Assembly (NCBI GenBank): GCA_965222225.1 | Contig: CBDCTK010000002.1 | Span: forward strand, 2,560,001-2,624,000 | Origin: Candidatus Poribacteria bacterium | Lineage (GTDB): Bacteria; Poribacteria; WGA-4E; JAJDTR01 | DNA: 64,000 bases | Direction: 5' to 3' | Shown here: positions 44,116-55,579 of the stretch, in pieces | Layout of the letters: each line of letters begins with the position of its first letter | Numbering within the stretch: position 1 is the stretch's first letter | Position numbers and translations under genes: made by a program | Notes under the pieces: generated by a model | What the model was told of the DNA's origin: nothing | What the model saw: only the letters and a program-made list of their open reading frames with translations | Databases searched by the model: none

Positions 44116-44396
44116 TTAAAGAAGAATCTCCGGTCTACGGAGATTCGGTATCAATTTTTAAGAACCGGTTTGAAGCCCCTAGGCGCTATTTGAAAATCGT
44201 CATCTGGCAACCGTGGTAAATTTCATACTTTTCATACCAAATCGGGGTTTTCCACAGGGAAATAAAACGGGGGATAACCCTTGCTATGACTGGCTTATTC
44301 ACTGTTTTTACATTAAAGGCATTAAAACGTAGGTATGAAATTCCGGTTGTTTCCCAAAACAGGTTTCAATCGAAGATGAGAGATTCTATCTTGATT

Positions 44397-44921
44397 CTAA
44401 GGATTGTGATTTTCAATGGCTGTGCGCCGGCTTTGACTGATGAAAAGACTCCGCAAATTCGTTTTTAGCTCCGGGTCGGGCACATCGGAGACCGTGTGTT
44501 CAACCTTTTCCAAGACACCGGCGGAAATCTCTGCCTCACGGAGCTTATTCTCCACCATATTTTGACGATGAGAACGACGGAAACGTTGAGACTCCGGGAG
44601 TGACGGGGAACGCGCCGGCTTTATCTGAAAGCGCAGTTCTCTAACAGCGGCTCGACCAATTTCGGCGTTGAGTTTCCGAATAATGTGCTGTCGCAGAAAC
44701 GTCAACTCCGTCACCAACGGGTGCGACAATGCGTGAACTGTCAACTTTGACTCAACAAGCGATACCGGCTGTGTGTTACGAGCAATCAGGTCCCCGACGG
44801 TTCGATTCCAGACAGCAAATACTTTCTGCTCAACCATCTTGTGCTCGAACCCCTGTTCCTTGATCAGCGATTCAAGCAGGGCATCAAGTTCATGAGTTTT
44901 TCCCACCGAATAGGAGTTCAT
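44397..44921 (-). CDS. DciA/DUF721 family protein
   Basis: Between recF and gyrB; W...VG..IA..T.P...L.V pattern. Confidence 0.75.
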   Translation of the reverse strand: MNSYSVGKTHELDALLESLIKEQGFEHKMVEQKVFAVWNRTVGDLIARNTQPVSLVESKLTVHALSHPLVTELTFLRQHIIRKLNAEIGRAAVRELRFQIKPARSPSLPESQRFRRSHRQNMVENKLREAEISAGVLEKVEHTVSDVPDPELKTNLRSLFISQSRRTAIENHNP

Positions 44922-45067
44922 CTCATTACCACACGTATCTGAATCATCTTGCTATGGATATTGAAGCCCCTTCTTAGATTTGACGACTGAAGAGGCATTT
45001 CTATCGCCCTCACTGTCCGTTCGGTTGATCTCAGTTGATCCCTCACTATTCGTTTGGTTGATTCTCT

Positions 45068-46273
45068 TCAGTCGCTTGATCGCCGGAGAACAGATCCGCT
45101 GTCTATCGTCAAAACCGTGCAGTCGTCAACCTCCCCGGCTAGAACCTCTTGTTGAGTCGACGTGATGAATGTCTGGGCGTTCAAACGCCGCAACAAATCC
45201 AACAGAAACGCCCTGCGCCTATCATCCAGCTCGGAAATCACATCGTCGAGCAGCACAATCGGCGTTTTGCCCGTGGTGTGGCGTATCACTTCCAATTCAC
45301 TCAATTTTAGCGTGAGCGCGATGGTTCGCTGCTGGCCCTGTGAGGCGTACGGTTTGGCATCCTCACGTAACGTTAATCCCTGTTTCTGCGTCTCCAGCAC
45401 CAAACTAAAGTTGTCGCGGTGAGGTCCTACCGAGGTTGTTCCGTGTAAAATATCAACTCGCCGAGAAGCATCCAACGCTCTTCCGAACTGCATGAGGGCT
45501 TCAGATCTATTGCAAGATTCTTCAAGAGATGATTGCTGATCTGAAATCAATGATTCGCCAAGGCTAGGCGATGGTTGGTATTCCAATTCAAGCCGTTCGT
45601 GGTCGCCGGTCAACTCGGCATGCTTCTCTTCCGCATAGACCTGCAACTGCTTGAGTACCCGCGATCGGGTTTGGATGATAAACAGCCCGTGGTCAACAAG
45701 CAACCCGTCCCACGCTTCCAACTGCTCGGGACTTGCCTGCTTACCGCGAATCTGCTTGAGCAGTTCGTTCCGCTGCTTGAGAACGAGTTGGTAGTCTTGA
45801 AGTTGCTTCAGATAGGCAGCATTGATTTGGCAAATCAGGAGGTCGATGAATCGGCGACGGTCTGATGGCGCGCCTTTGACAAGGGCAAGAGATTCGGGCG
45901 AAAAGAAAACCACCTTAAATTGCCCCATCCACTGCGACAGCCGCGGTTGGACGTCGCCATTCAATTTGAATCGTCTCTGCCCCTGCAGTTGATTCGAAAC
46001 CTCAAGCGTCATCTCAATGGGGGCAGCCCCATCGTTATCCGAATTCGACGCGATTATGCCTTTGAGATAAAACCAACTTTCATTGTGCCGGACGAGTTCA
46101 TCATTTGGATAGGCGCGGTGAGACTTTGCCGTGCTAAGGAAATAGATTGCCTCCAACAGGCTAGTCTTGCCTTGGGCATTCCCGCCAGTGATCAGGTTGA
46201 CTCGCCCCGGAAAGTCAATTTCGCAATCAACATAATTCCGGAAATTACGTAAAACAAGCTGATTCAGGTGCAT
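45068..46273 (-). CDS. recF: DNA replication/repair protein RecF
   Basis: NFRNY, GGNAQGKTSLLEAI, GPHRD, SQGQQR, LLDDV.SELD. Confidence 0.97.
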   Translation of the reverse strand: MHLNQLVLRNFRNYVDCEIDFPGRVNLITGGNAQGKTSLLEAIYFLSTAKSHRAYPNDELVRHNESWFYLKGIIASNSDNDGAAPIEMTLEVSNQLQGQRRFKLNGDVQPRLSQWMGQFKVVFFSPESLALVKGAPSDRRRFIDLLICQINAAYLKQLQDYQLVLKQRNELLKQIRGKQASPEQLEAWDGLLVDHGLFIIQTRSRVLKQLQVYAEEKHAELTGDHERLELEYQPSPSLGESLISDQQSSLEESCNRSEALMQFGRALDASRRVDILHGTTSVGPHRDNFSLVLETQKQGLTLREDAKPYASQGQQRTIALTLKLSELEVIRHTTGKTPIVLLDDVISELDDRRRAFLLDLLRRLNAQTFITSTQQEVLAGEVDDCTVLTIDSGSVLRRSSD

Positions 46274-46309
46274 GGATGAGATTCCGGACGCGGATCGTCA
46301 AATCTACAA

Positions 46310-47413
46310 TTACGATTCCAACCGCATCGGCATGATTAGACAAAGGTGATCGTCCTCGCCAACGGGTTTCAGTACGGCTGCGCTAAGCGAATCTTTGAAT
46401 TCTATCAAGACCTCTTCCGTGCCGATATGACTCAATGCGTCGAGAAGGAAACGCGCGTCAAACGCAACTTCCAAGGTGCCGTTACCGCTGTTGACGGGGA
46501 CTGTTTCGTAGGCTTCCCCGAGGTCTGGCGCTTTTGCCGACACTCCAATCTGATCCGTCTGAATATCAAAACGAATAGAAAAGGTTTTTGGATTCGCTAA
46601 CAAAGCCACACGCTTGGTCGCACTGAGCAGCTTCTCCACATTGACAGCTATCCGGTGCTCGTGATCTTTGGGAATAATCTGTTCGTACTTCGGATACTCT
46701 CCATCAACAAGCCGAGAAGCCAGCGTGGACTCATCATCCGAGAAGATGATTTGGTTTTCAAGTAAGCAGATTTTCACTTCCGTAGATGTCTCAAACGTCC
46801 TCATAATCTCGCGCACCGCCTTTAACGGCACGATAACGCCGACCGCCTCGTCGGGAACAGGAGCCAAGGCTCCGCTCGTTGCGACCGCGAGACGGCGCCC
46901 GTCCGTTGCCACAACCTCCGATCTCTCCGGCGTCAGATGAAGATAAAGCCCGTTGAGAAAATACCGAGTTTGCTCCGTTGAAGCGGCGAATTCGGTTTTA
47001 ACAATCATCGATCGGAGCACCTCTGCCTCCATGGTAAAGAAACCGCCGCGGATAGACTCCGTTTCCGGAAATTCGTCATCGGACAGTCCGATGATTTTAT
47101 AGACGCCGGCGCCACACGACAACTCAACTCGATGATTTTCTGTCGTCGTCAATTTGATTTCCTCCGGAGGAAGTTCGCGCACGACTTCACCGAGTTTCCT
47201 CGCGGAAACGGTAACAGCGCCTTCTTTAGAGATTGTGCCGGGAACAACGATTTTGATAGCAACCTCAAGGTCGGTTGCCGACATCTCAATCCGATTATCG
47301 GCGGCACGAATCAGAACATTCGACAGGATTGGAAGGGTGTTTCTTCCGGCAGCAACCCCTTGCAATAACTGGATGGACCTTAATAATTCGTCTTTGGTAA
47401 AAGCTAATTCCAT
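46310..47413 (-). CDS. dnaN: DNA polymerase III beta clamp
   Basis: LPILSNV, ATDLE, ATDGRRL, IMPMR. Confidence 0.97.
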   Translation of the reverse strand: MELAFTKDELLRSIQLLQGVAAGRNTLPILSNVLIRAADNRIEMSATDLEVAIKIVVPGTISKEGAVTVSARKLGEVVRELPPEEIKLTTTENHRVELSCGAGVYKIIGLSDDEFPETESIRGGFFTMEAEVLRSMIVKTEFAASTEQTRYFLNGLYLHLTPERSEVVATDGRRLAVATSGALAPVPDEAVGVIVPLKAVREIMRTFETSTEVKICLLENQIIFSDDESTLASRLVDGEYPKYEQIIPKDHEHRIAVNVEKLLSATKRVALLANPKTFSIRFDIQTDQIGVSAKAPDLGEAYETVPVNSGNGTLEVAFDARFLLDALSHIGTEEVLIEFKDSLSAAVLKPVGEDDHLCLIMPMRLES

Positions 47414-47658
47414 TTTTTCCTCCTAAGAAACTACGATATTCCGTTGCACGGGAAATCAATCGCTTCAATAGAACTTTAAAACTTACTTGCTTGTGTAGTA
47501 GTGTCAAAGCTGTGTTACGGTGTTTGTTAGCGCTAGAAAAAGGTCAGTAAAATCTTCATCTCACTCATTATCCGTTCGCTTGATCGCAATGTACGCCCTA
47601 CAGGGATGAAGGTTGAAAAAACCAAGCTTTCAAGAAAAAACTCGGTTTCAACGCTATA

Positions 47659-49475
47659 CTATTTCAGAATGACCATTTGCCTGAGATGATGGAACGAGGG
47701 CGTGGACAGACAGATGATATAGGCGCCGCTTGCAACGGATTCCCCTGCGGCATTTCGTCCATCCCAGTATGCGGCTTTCGCCCGATCAGTATAGAAGCCG
47801 GCAGTCTGATACCCTAAATCCAACCGCCGTACCACAATGCCCCGTGTGTCGTAAATCTCAATATTTACTTCTGCGCCCTGAGCCAAATGGTACGGAATCC
47901 AAGTTTCCGGGTTGAATGGATTAGGGTAGTTTTGGAGTAACGTGGTTTTCTCCGGCATCATTACCGCCAGAAGGCAATCGAACCATCACTTGCGGCATAA
48001 GCCGTGCGAATCAAAGACTCAACCACCGTTCGGTTGAGAATCAGAGAATCTCTGGTAACCGAGTCAAAGGATGCGACTGGAGCAGCATTTTTACCCTCGC
48101 CCATGTGCTGCGCCACGAGGATGAGATCGAGGATATTAACGATTCCGTCGCCATTGATATCAGCCCGTGGATTGGTAAGGTTTTCAAAATTGTTTACCAC
48201 GAGCGTCAAATCAAGGATGTTTACTGCCCCATCCTTATTTACATCCCAAGCGGCATATAAGCTCGCCACAACAATCGGGTAGGGCGCGAACTCGTGGAGA
48301 ATTGGCTTGCCTTCAGAGGAGCCAAGTTGCACATTGTGCAGCTCCAATTCCCCTTCACCAACCGCTTTAGCTTCAAAGGTTATCAAGAGTAACTCTCCAG
48401 TGCCGTCAACCCCAGGACCAAAGGCGGCGGTGAGAAGTCCGGTGACCGTGCCCGCAGTATTGTCAATCTCACCTTCGTCAAAGTGAGTGTTGGCACCGTC
48501 CTTCTTCAGAAATCCACCCTCGGCGAGGGAAACAGCGGAAAGTAGCCCTGGGTCGAAGGCGATGTCGAGTTTCCATCCTGCTAAATCCGTAACACCTTCG
48601 ACAACCAACGGAAGTGTAAATGTTGAACCTTCTCTAATTGGATCGGCAGCCGAAAAGAGGAGTGGAATGACTCCGGTGTTATACCTCACTTCTTCTGCAG
48701 TAAGCGCTTTATCATAGACACGGACAAGAGCAAATGAGCCATTGAAGTTCCTATGGCGCTCATCATGTGAATTGGCACCGATGGAAATCTCGTCTATTGG
48801 CAAACTGTCATCGAACTCAAGCCCCTTGTATCTACTTACTTCTACTGCGTTCTGATATACCACAACGGATTCGGTGTTGGCAGAAACAACCGTTAGCCAG
48901 GTCCATATTCCTTCCGCTAGAGTAGCGCCGGTCAATTCAAAGTTCCGTTTTTCACCCTGACTATGAACCGACCACCTAATTTCCCCGTTCCCAGATAGCG
49001 TGAAGCGAACTCCTTGAAATCGTTCGTTTGGAGTATTCTGAAAACCGACAAGGTGATGTTCTTGGTCAAAAAGATTGCCGTTGCGTTTACACAAAATCTC
49101 AAGCGTCCAATCCCCTAAGAACAGTTGAGGATTCTCCTCAACTGGACCTCCGAAGGTTTGCATTGATTCCTTAGCCGTGTAATACTCCCGCTGTTCACTA
49201 ATACCGAGGGACGCTATCTGAACTAAGCCCTTTTCAAGCACTGGCGCTGTATCAGCTGCGTTTAATTTACCGCCGGCTGTACCTAGATTTGTCCACGCGC
49301 CTTTGTCGTGATCGGGATTGTCGGAGGCGTCAAGATAGAGAACAGCCCCCGGAACAACGTCGGCATGGGCAATGGCGGGCGTAATTGCCAGGAAAAGCAT
49401 TGCGGTTATCGTTAGTTTCGGTATCAAATTCATGATTAATTCTCCTGAGAAACGGTGTTTGTTGGCGTTAGACAA
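47659..49475 (-). pseudogene. LamG + cohesin + dockerin-like surface protein with its C-terminal FlgD-Ig domain split off by a small deletion
   Basis: DVNKDGAVNILDL/DINGDGIVNILDL; DGSIAFWR* followed by MMPEKTTLLQNYPNPF; the intact paralog at 63297 has DGSIAFRQAIANLEVLSASMIP. Confidence 0.75.
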
Positions 49476-49479
49476 ACAG

Positions 49480-49722
49480 TTAGATTCCTAATATTAGGTA
49501 CTAAAATATAAATAGATTAGTAATAGTAGTAGGGGGTGTGGATATGTGGACAACCGCCCGAATCCGTGATGGGACGTAGGATAGAGGTCGTGGATTGGAT
49601 GTGGATTAAATTTCCACTTGTCCACATCTCATCCACCGATCATCCACCGATTCAAACTTATCCACATCTGTCCACAGGTAAAACACAAGTTATCCACATT
49701 GTTGTCCACAAGTTATCCACAT
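49480..49722. other. oriC unwinding region: AT-rich DUE, DnaA-trios and DnaA-box cluster
   Basis: TAGTAATAGTAGTAG-GGGG-TGTGGATAT/TGTGGACAA, plus multiple TTATCCACA/TGTCCACA boxes downstream of dnaA. Confidence 0.85.
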
Positions 49723-49848
49723 TAATAACGAATCTGAATCGAGTACATTTTTCGCGTCCAAGTATATTCCTTGAAACGACTAGGACGATTGAAGAGGGGA
49801 AGGATGGAAGAATTCAATCCTTCCCCTACCTGTTCTAACTTGGGTGCA

Positions 49849-51219
49849 TCATTTCATGTCTTCAAGCAAGAAATTGACAGTCTGGTTTAGCGCCGAATCT
49901 CGTTGAATCCCATTGGCAACACGATTGCAGGCATGCATGACTGTCGTATGGTCGCTCCTACCGAAAGCGACGGCAATTTCGGCAAAGGAGAGACCGGTCA
50001 ACGTACGGCAGAGGTACATCCCGATTTGTCTGGGTACAACCAGTTGTTTGGTTCGCTTGGCGGATTTTAGTTCCGAGGCTTTGACGCGATAATAGGATGC
50101 GACCGCTTTTAGGATATCCTCCGCAGTGATTGCCGAATGGCTTGGCCTGGGCGGTGGACCCGTATGATTGCCGAGTACCCTATAGGCGTATTCGTCGGTT
50201 AATTCTTCATTGAAGAGGTTGGCTTCGGTGACAAGCCGAAGCAGGGCGCCTTCAAGTTCACGGATGTTCGTTTGGACTATGTCGGCGATGGCGTTCAGGA
50301 CGGAATCGGGAACGGTATCGAATCCGTGATCCTCGCATTTTTGACGGAGGATGGCGGCGCGCGTTTCAAATTGCGGGGTACTGATTTCGGCAACCATTCC
50401 CCACTCAAACCGGGAGCGCAATCTTTCCTCGACCGCTTCGAGATTCTTCGGAGGGCGATCGCTCGTCATCACGACCTGATTGGAATTTTGATGCAATTCA
50501 TTGAAGGTGTGAAAGAATTCCTCCTGCGTCCCGTCCTTGCGCTGCAAAAACTGGATATCGTCAATTAGGAGTACGTCGGCGGTTCGGTACTTGCCGCGAA
50601 AATCTTGGGAGGTTGTACGAACGACGATAGAATCGATATATTCGTTCATGAAGGTCTCGGAGGTCACGTAGAGCACTTTGAGTTCCGGGTGAATCTCGTG
50701 AACGCGATTCCCGATAGCATGAAGGAGGTGGGTTTTTCCAAGACCCACGCCGCCACAGAAGAATATAGGATTATAAACTGTTCCCGGATTCTCCGAGGCT
50801 GCCACTGCGGCGGCATGACTCAGGCGGTTGTTGGTTCCAACGACAAAGCGATCAAAGGTGTATCGCGAGTTCAAGGTTGCGCCGCCGGCAGATGATTCCG
50901 GGGAGTCCGCGGGGAGTTCCGTGCTATCCGAAGGCTTTGAATTCGTGGAGCTGGTACTTGAACGCGCTTGAAGATTGGGTTCGGTAACCACAAAATTAAG
51001 CGTACCGATTTGTCCAATCCGTTTTTTTATAGCACTGTCAATATCCGTCAAAAATCGAGATTCTATCTGATCTTTTGCCAAAGCTGCAGGAACCGTGACC
51101 GTCAGCTTGCCTTCGGTCAAATCCGTCGGTTTGGCTTGACGGAGGTAAACATCGTCACGTGCCGTGTCGCTGAGGTCAGACAGTATTTCTGTCCAGATTT
51201 TTTCGGGGGTATACCGCAT
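49849..51219 (-). CDS. dnaA: Chromosomal replication initiator DnaA
   Basis: YNPIF..GGVGLGKTHLL, LLIDDIQF, RLRSRFEWG, DHTTVMHA. Confidence 0.97.
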   Translation of the reverse strand: MRYTPEKIWTEILSDLSDTARDDVYLRQAKPTDLTEGKLTVTVPAALAKDQIESRFLTDIDSAIKKRIGQIGTLNFVVTEPNLQARSSTSSTNSKPSDSTELPADSPESSAGGATLNSRYTFDRFVVGTNNRLSHAAAVAASENPGTVYNPIFFCGGVGLGKTHLLHAIGNRVHEIHPELKVLYVTSETFMNEYIDSIVVRTTSQDFRGKYRTADVLLIDDIQFLQRKDGTQEEFFHTFNELHQNSNQVVMTSDRPPKNLEAVEERLRSRFEWGMVAEISTPQFETRAAILRQKCEDHGFDTVPDSVLNAIADIVQTNIRELEGALLRLVTEANLFNEELTDEYAYRVLGNHTGPPPRPSHSAITAEDILKAVASYYRVKASELKSAKRTKQLVVPRQIGMYLCRTLTGLSFAEIAVAFGRSDHTTVMHACNRVANGIQRDSALNQTVNFLLEDMK

Positions 51220-51360
51220 TATGATTATTCCTACAGCAGAATGGTGTCAGGGTTCGTGCTGATAATGTCACATGGAAGTGTATGGGAGTGCAGCGTGCCG
51301 CAAAACTTTTGTCAAGTATAGGTATTCCGTCGGTTGGTCAATCAAGGAGAAAACGACACG

Positions 51361-51538
51361 ATATCCACAAGTTATCCACAACCCATCCACAATTATCTGC
51401 CACGCGAATTAAGGGATTCGAGATGCCGTGAAACCAGTATTGAGGGGATGTGTACCGACTGTAGAATTTCGAGCAGAGGTAGGAAAAATAGGCTCAGAAT
51501 CCACAAGTTATCCACAAGTTATCCACAAGTTATCCACG
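51361..51538. promoter_or_regulatory. DnaA-box cluster upstream of dnaA (oriC1/autoregulation)
   Basis: TTATCCACA boxes, including tandem 11-bp AGTTATCCACA repeats at 51506-51538. Confidence 0.85.
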
Positions 51539-51900
51539 AATTCATCACCACGTCCAAATCCTCCAAGTGCAAACAACTTAGTATATCACGAAACGGGGTT
51601 TTGGGCAACAACAAAATTGGAAGAAAATGGAGAGGACTGTCGTGTCGCGTGTTTTCCAGATGTGTCTGGATTTCGATCGCCGCATTCGGGATGGTTGTTG
51701 TTCACAAGTCGATAAATCCACGCTGGACGGGCATTGTGGGAGCGATCTCCCGATCGCGACAAATTTGTGGAATCGCGAGAAGGATGCAAGAGAGAAACCG
51801 AGTTTTCAGGAAAAAACGCGGTTTCAAGAAGAGATTGGAGGTTTGGGTTGGTGGGCAGTGCCCACCCTACAAAGAAGTGCTGCTATGGATAGCTACGGCA

Positions 51901-52454
51901 TCATCCAGTTAGCTTGCGTAGGTCTTTTTGAATTTCTTTCGCAGTTTTGGCTATTTCGTGCGGCGGCGACCCACCAATTGTCCCCACGCCTATGAACTCG
52001 CGAGAATTAAGATGAAAGTTTTTCTTCTCCTCGTGATTTGCGAATGAATCTGAATAGGTAACAGTGAGTTCGAACCCAGGCTGCTTTAACACATCAGAAT
52101 TTTCTAGTGTACTGATGTACTGACCAGAAAATGATTAATTTTCTGTCCCGGTCCAAGTACATCAATTCCGTTTTTAGGAAAGTCGATATCCTTGAATTGC
52201 GTAATGGTTTTAAAGCCAAGAGACAAATCGCCCGTGAATCTCACGTTGCGGGCGACGCCCGTGCCTACGTTTTCTACACGGAGTATAGCAAAGTATCCGT
52301 ACGCTTCGTGGGGGCGTAGCGACACCATAATTTCGGGTTGGTTCATGGTTCTCAAGATACGAGATGTCAACCAGACCTATACGATTGTGACAATGACGAG
52401 GACAGCGGTGGCAATGGCCGTTATTGCTCCGCTATTTAAATTCAACCAATCCAT
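51901..52454 (-). pseudogene. Hypothetical membrane-anchored protein pseudogene
   Basis: N-terminal TM, in-frame TAG near 52378, 8-bp duplication frameshift near 52110; ENVGTGVARNV. Confidence 0.55.
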
Positions 52455-52491
52455 GTTTACTGGAATCCCTCCTTAGTTCATATTGCTTCGC

Positions 52492-55400
52492 TCATTCCAC
52501 GCCTAACTCCGGTAGGTTCTCGACGATTGACACTGTTTCCAGGCTTACGGTGATGACTTTTCTGATTAGGCTGATGATGTATTGCGGGTCGTCCTCACGG
52601 TTGGGGTCGTTGACGATGCCGCTGCGCGTGTCGGTCTTGACGCGGTACTGGTCGATTACCCATTCCAGCGCGGAGCGATTGCCGAGGCGATAGTAAAACG
52701 CCCTTGATGGAATCCCGTCCAGCGTTAGATAATCGTTGTACTTTAGCTGGGTTTTGTCTTTGGAGAGTTTCATCTTGACGACACGCCAGTCAAGGGGTAC
52801 GTCGGGGGTTTCGATGAACTGTAGGACGGGGGCGTCGTTTCCGCCTTGATATTCTTGAACGTCTTCGTAGCCGATGTGGATTTCCGCCAACCGTGCACCG
52901 GCGTTGGCAAACCCACGGAAGTCGGGGGCATAAGGCAACCGCGGCAAGTCTCGCTTGAGGTTTGCCGCATACCGCTCCCGGTAGGTGGGATGATGTAATA
53001 TGCCGTAAACGTAATAGAAAATGTCCCACTTGTTGATTTTGTCGTTGCAGTAGTGGGTGCGGAATTGTGCCAGTGTCCAATCGGTGATGTTTTCGCGGCG
53101 GTTTGTGCCGTGCTCGTCGTACGTGTAGAAGGGGAAGCATTGAAAGGCGTCAGTTGCAGCGAGCGTGTGAAGATCTGGAATCAGATTCGACATTAACGTA
53201 TTGAAGCCGGCGCGAAAACCGTGATCGCTGACAATAATCACTTGGTTTTCTAATTCAGTATCAGGAGTTGGGAAAATTTGATACTGGGTATATCGTCTTT
53301 CATTCCAAAAATTGTCGAAGTAAAGATATTTCTGAGTGAACGGACGATACAACGCTTTGCGAAAGCGTGAAACCTCATAGTTGCTCAACTCTAACTTTTT
53401 CAGTGATTCCTTAACTCGGTAACTCCATTTTATACGTGGGTCAGTCGTATTAATGAGACTTTCAATAGGCGTGTTGAGGTCATGCCTTTTCTTGCGGTCA
53501 ACTGCCGTATTGTATATTTCGACAAATGTGCGAACGCGCTCTTGAAGCAACGTGAGATCAAACGCGTAAATTCAGAATATCCCTGCTCGTAACAACACCC
53601 AAAGAATATAGACTGAAAATCGCCTTTCCTCTCCCCATTAACTTTTTCGCAGCTTTGTTTCCCATGGGGGAAAAAGTCTCAAATTCGGCGCGAAGACCCC
53701 CAGTGAACCATGTAAGTCGCTGGTCTGGCTTGATGGTTTTCCACGAAATAGCCCCGACGTGTTGACGTGCCTCCAGAAAGTCAAATTTCTGTCTTTTATT
53801 CCATAACTCATCTAGTTGGCAGTAATGGATGCGCGTCCTGTTGAATTGATTCTGTTTTGTTTTGACAAAGAAGTTAATGCTTACACCGACCCTGATACCG
53901 AACACATTGGTATCCGAGGCCTTCAAACCTTTGCGGGCATTACCCCCCAAGTCGAGAATGTAGATTGCATCGAAATCGTGTTCAAGGTGTTTTCGCATCC
54001 CATCAAATGCTAAATCGCTTAGAAAACTGTTGTTCGTCACAAAAGCGACAATCCCTTCCTCACCAATACGATTTGACGCCCACCGAATTGCTTTGACATA
54101 CGGGTCGTAGAGTTTATTCCTAAGCGTCGCTTTGGAATCGGCAGTGTATGTGTCCCGTACCCGCTTGTCTATAGTTTTATACTTCCGATTCTTGTTGTCG
54201 TCGTTTTCATTGACTTGACCCATGTTGTACGGAGGGTTGCCGATAATTACGAACATTGGGGTATTTTTCTGTTCTTGCACACGTTTAGCATTTTCTTCCG
54301 TGAAGTAGGAAAAATCCAGTTGCTCGTCATCTAAAACCGCAAACGTATCAACAAGACAGATTTTCTCAAACGGTTGATAACCTCCTGTCATTTCGTAAAA
54401 CTGATGCTCAATGTTCATTGAGGCGATGTAGTAGGGGAGCAGCATCACCTCATTGCAGTGGAGTTCCAACCGGTATTTGTCCGCAAGCGCAAATCCGCTA
54501 ATCTCGCGCATGATTCGCACGATGAAGTTGCCGGTGCCGACAAAGGGGTCGATGATGTGAACGCCGGAATCGGAGAGCGAGCGCTTGAATTCGGTGCGGA
54601 GAATGTGCTCGACGCTTTTCACCATGAAATCGACTATCGGTTGCGGGGTATAGACAATTCCGTGCGTGTCGGCGACTTTGACGGAGAAGCCCTGAAAGAA
54701 CTGCTCGTAGACGGTGTTGAGAAACGCCTGTTTCCGTGAAAAGTCGGTGATGGTAGCAGCATTGCGCTCAATTGAGACATAGAAGCGGTCGAGGCTTTGG
54801 AGAAAACTGTCACGGCTGAAGGATTGTGATGTGAGGGCGTCTATCACGATTTCGATTTCGTTGGCAATGACGTTTCGGCGGGTGAAATCGGGATTGTCAA
54901 ATACCGTGCGGAAGATTCGCTCGGTCAGGAGGTGTTGGATGAGCATCTCCTCAACCGCGGCTTCAGAAAGATTGGGGTTTAGGGATTGACGGCATTTTTC
55001 GTGGAAGCCTCTAAATGCGGTTCTGAAATTGGGATTGGCGCCTCGTGCCTCATGGATGAGTTCCGCTAACTTTTTTCCAAGCGCCGGGACTCTGTCCTTG
55101 AACTCGGCGACGGCTTTCTCCCATTCGACGAAGTGTTCCGGACAGTAGGCAAAGAAAGTTTGGACGGCTTCAACCAGTTGCGCCGCGTCGGTCAGGTCGG
55201 CGTCGAGGACTTCGCGTTCGTTTTGCCAAAGGATGGCGCGTTCGGGGGTTTGGAATAGGATGTTGTCGCGGGGGTAGCCCTTGTCAAACTTACGCCGGAT
55301 TTCGGCCGGCAAGTCGTCGTTCATATCTTTAGCTTCCCAGTAGCCGCGGGGCAGTTCATATTCATCGAACAGGACGCCATCAACAGAGATTCGCGTTTTT

Positions 55401-55579
55401 TTGAGGCTGGGCATTGAGTATTCGGGAACGAACGTCCATCTCTCCTGTCGGGCGCAGGATTCGAGGAGAGATTGGCAGGCGGAGCGGACGGAGGATTCAT
55501 TGGTGATCCCGAGTCGGGCGTATTGGTCGAGTGCGGTGTAGTAGTCTTTGACAGCTTTGTACGTTGGTTTGAGGTTCAT
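52492..55579 (-). pseudogene. N6-adenine methyltransferase/restriction fusion (Type IIG/ISP-like, no helicase), frameshifted near 53570
   Basis: DG...WEAK, VYTP, DPFVGTGNF, GNPPY; C-terminal YRPF...LEWVIDQY...DPN specificity domain. Confidence 0.82.

Noticed and set aside
51498-51538. Tandem repeat as a CRISPR or VNTR
   Set aside because: The units are DnaA boxes with no spacers
51334-51912. 192-aa ORF upstream of dnaA
   Set aside because: It translates DnaA boxes (LSTSYPQ) and REP repeats, so it is spurious
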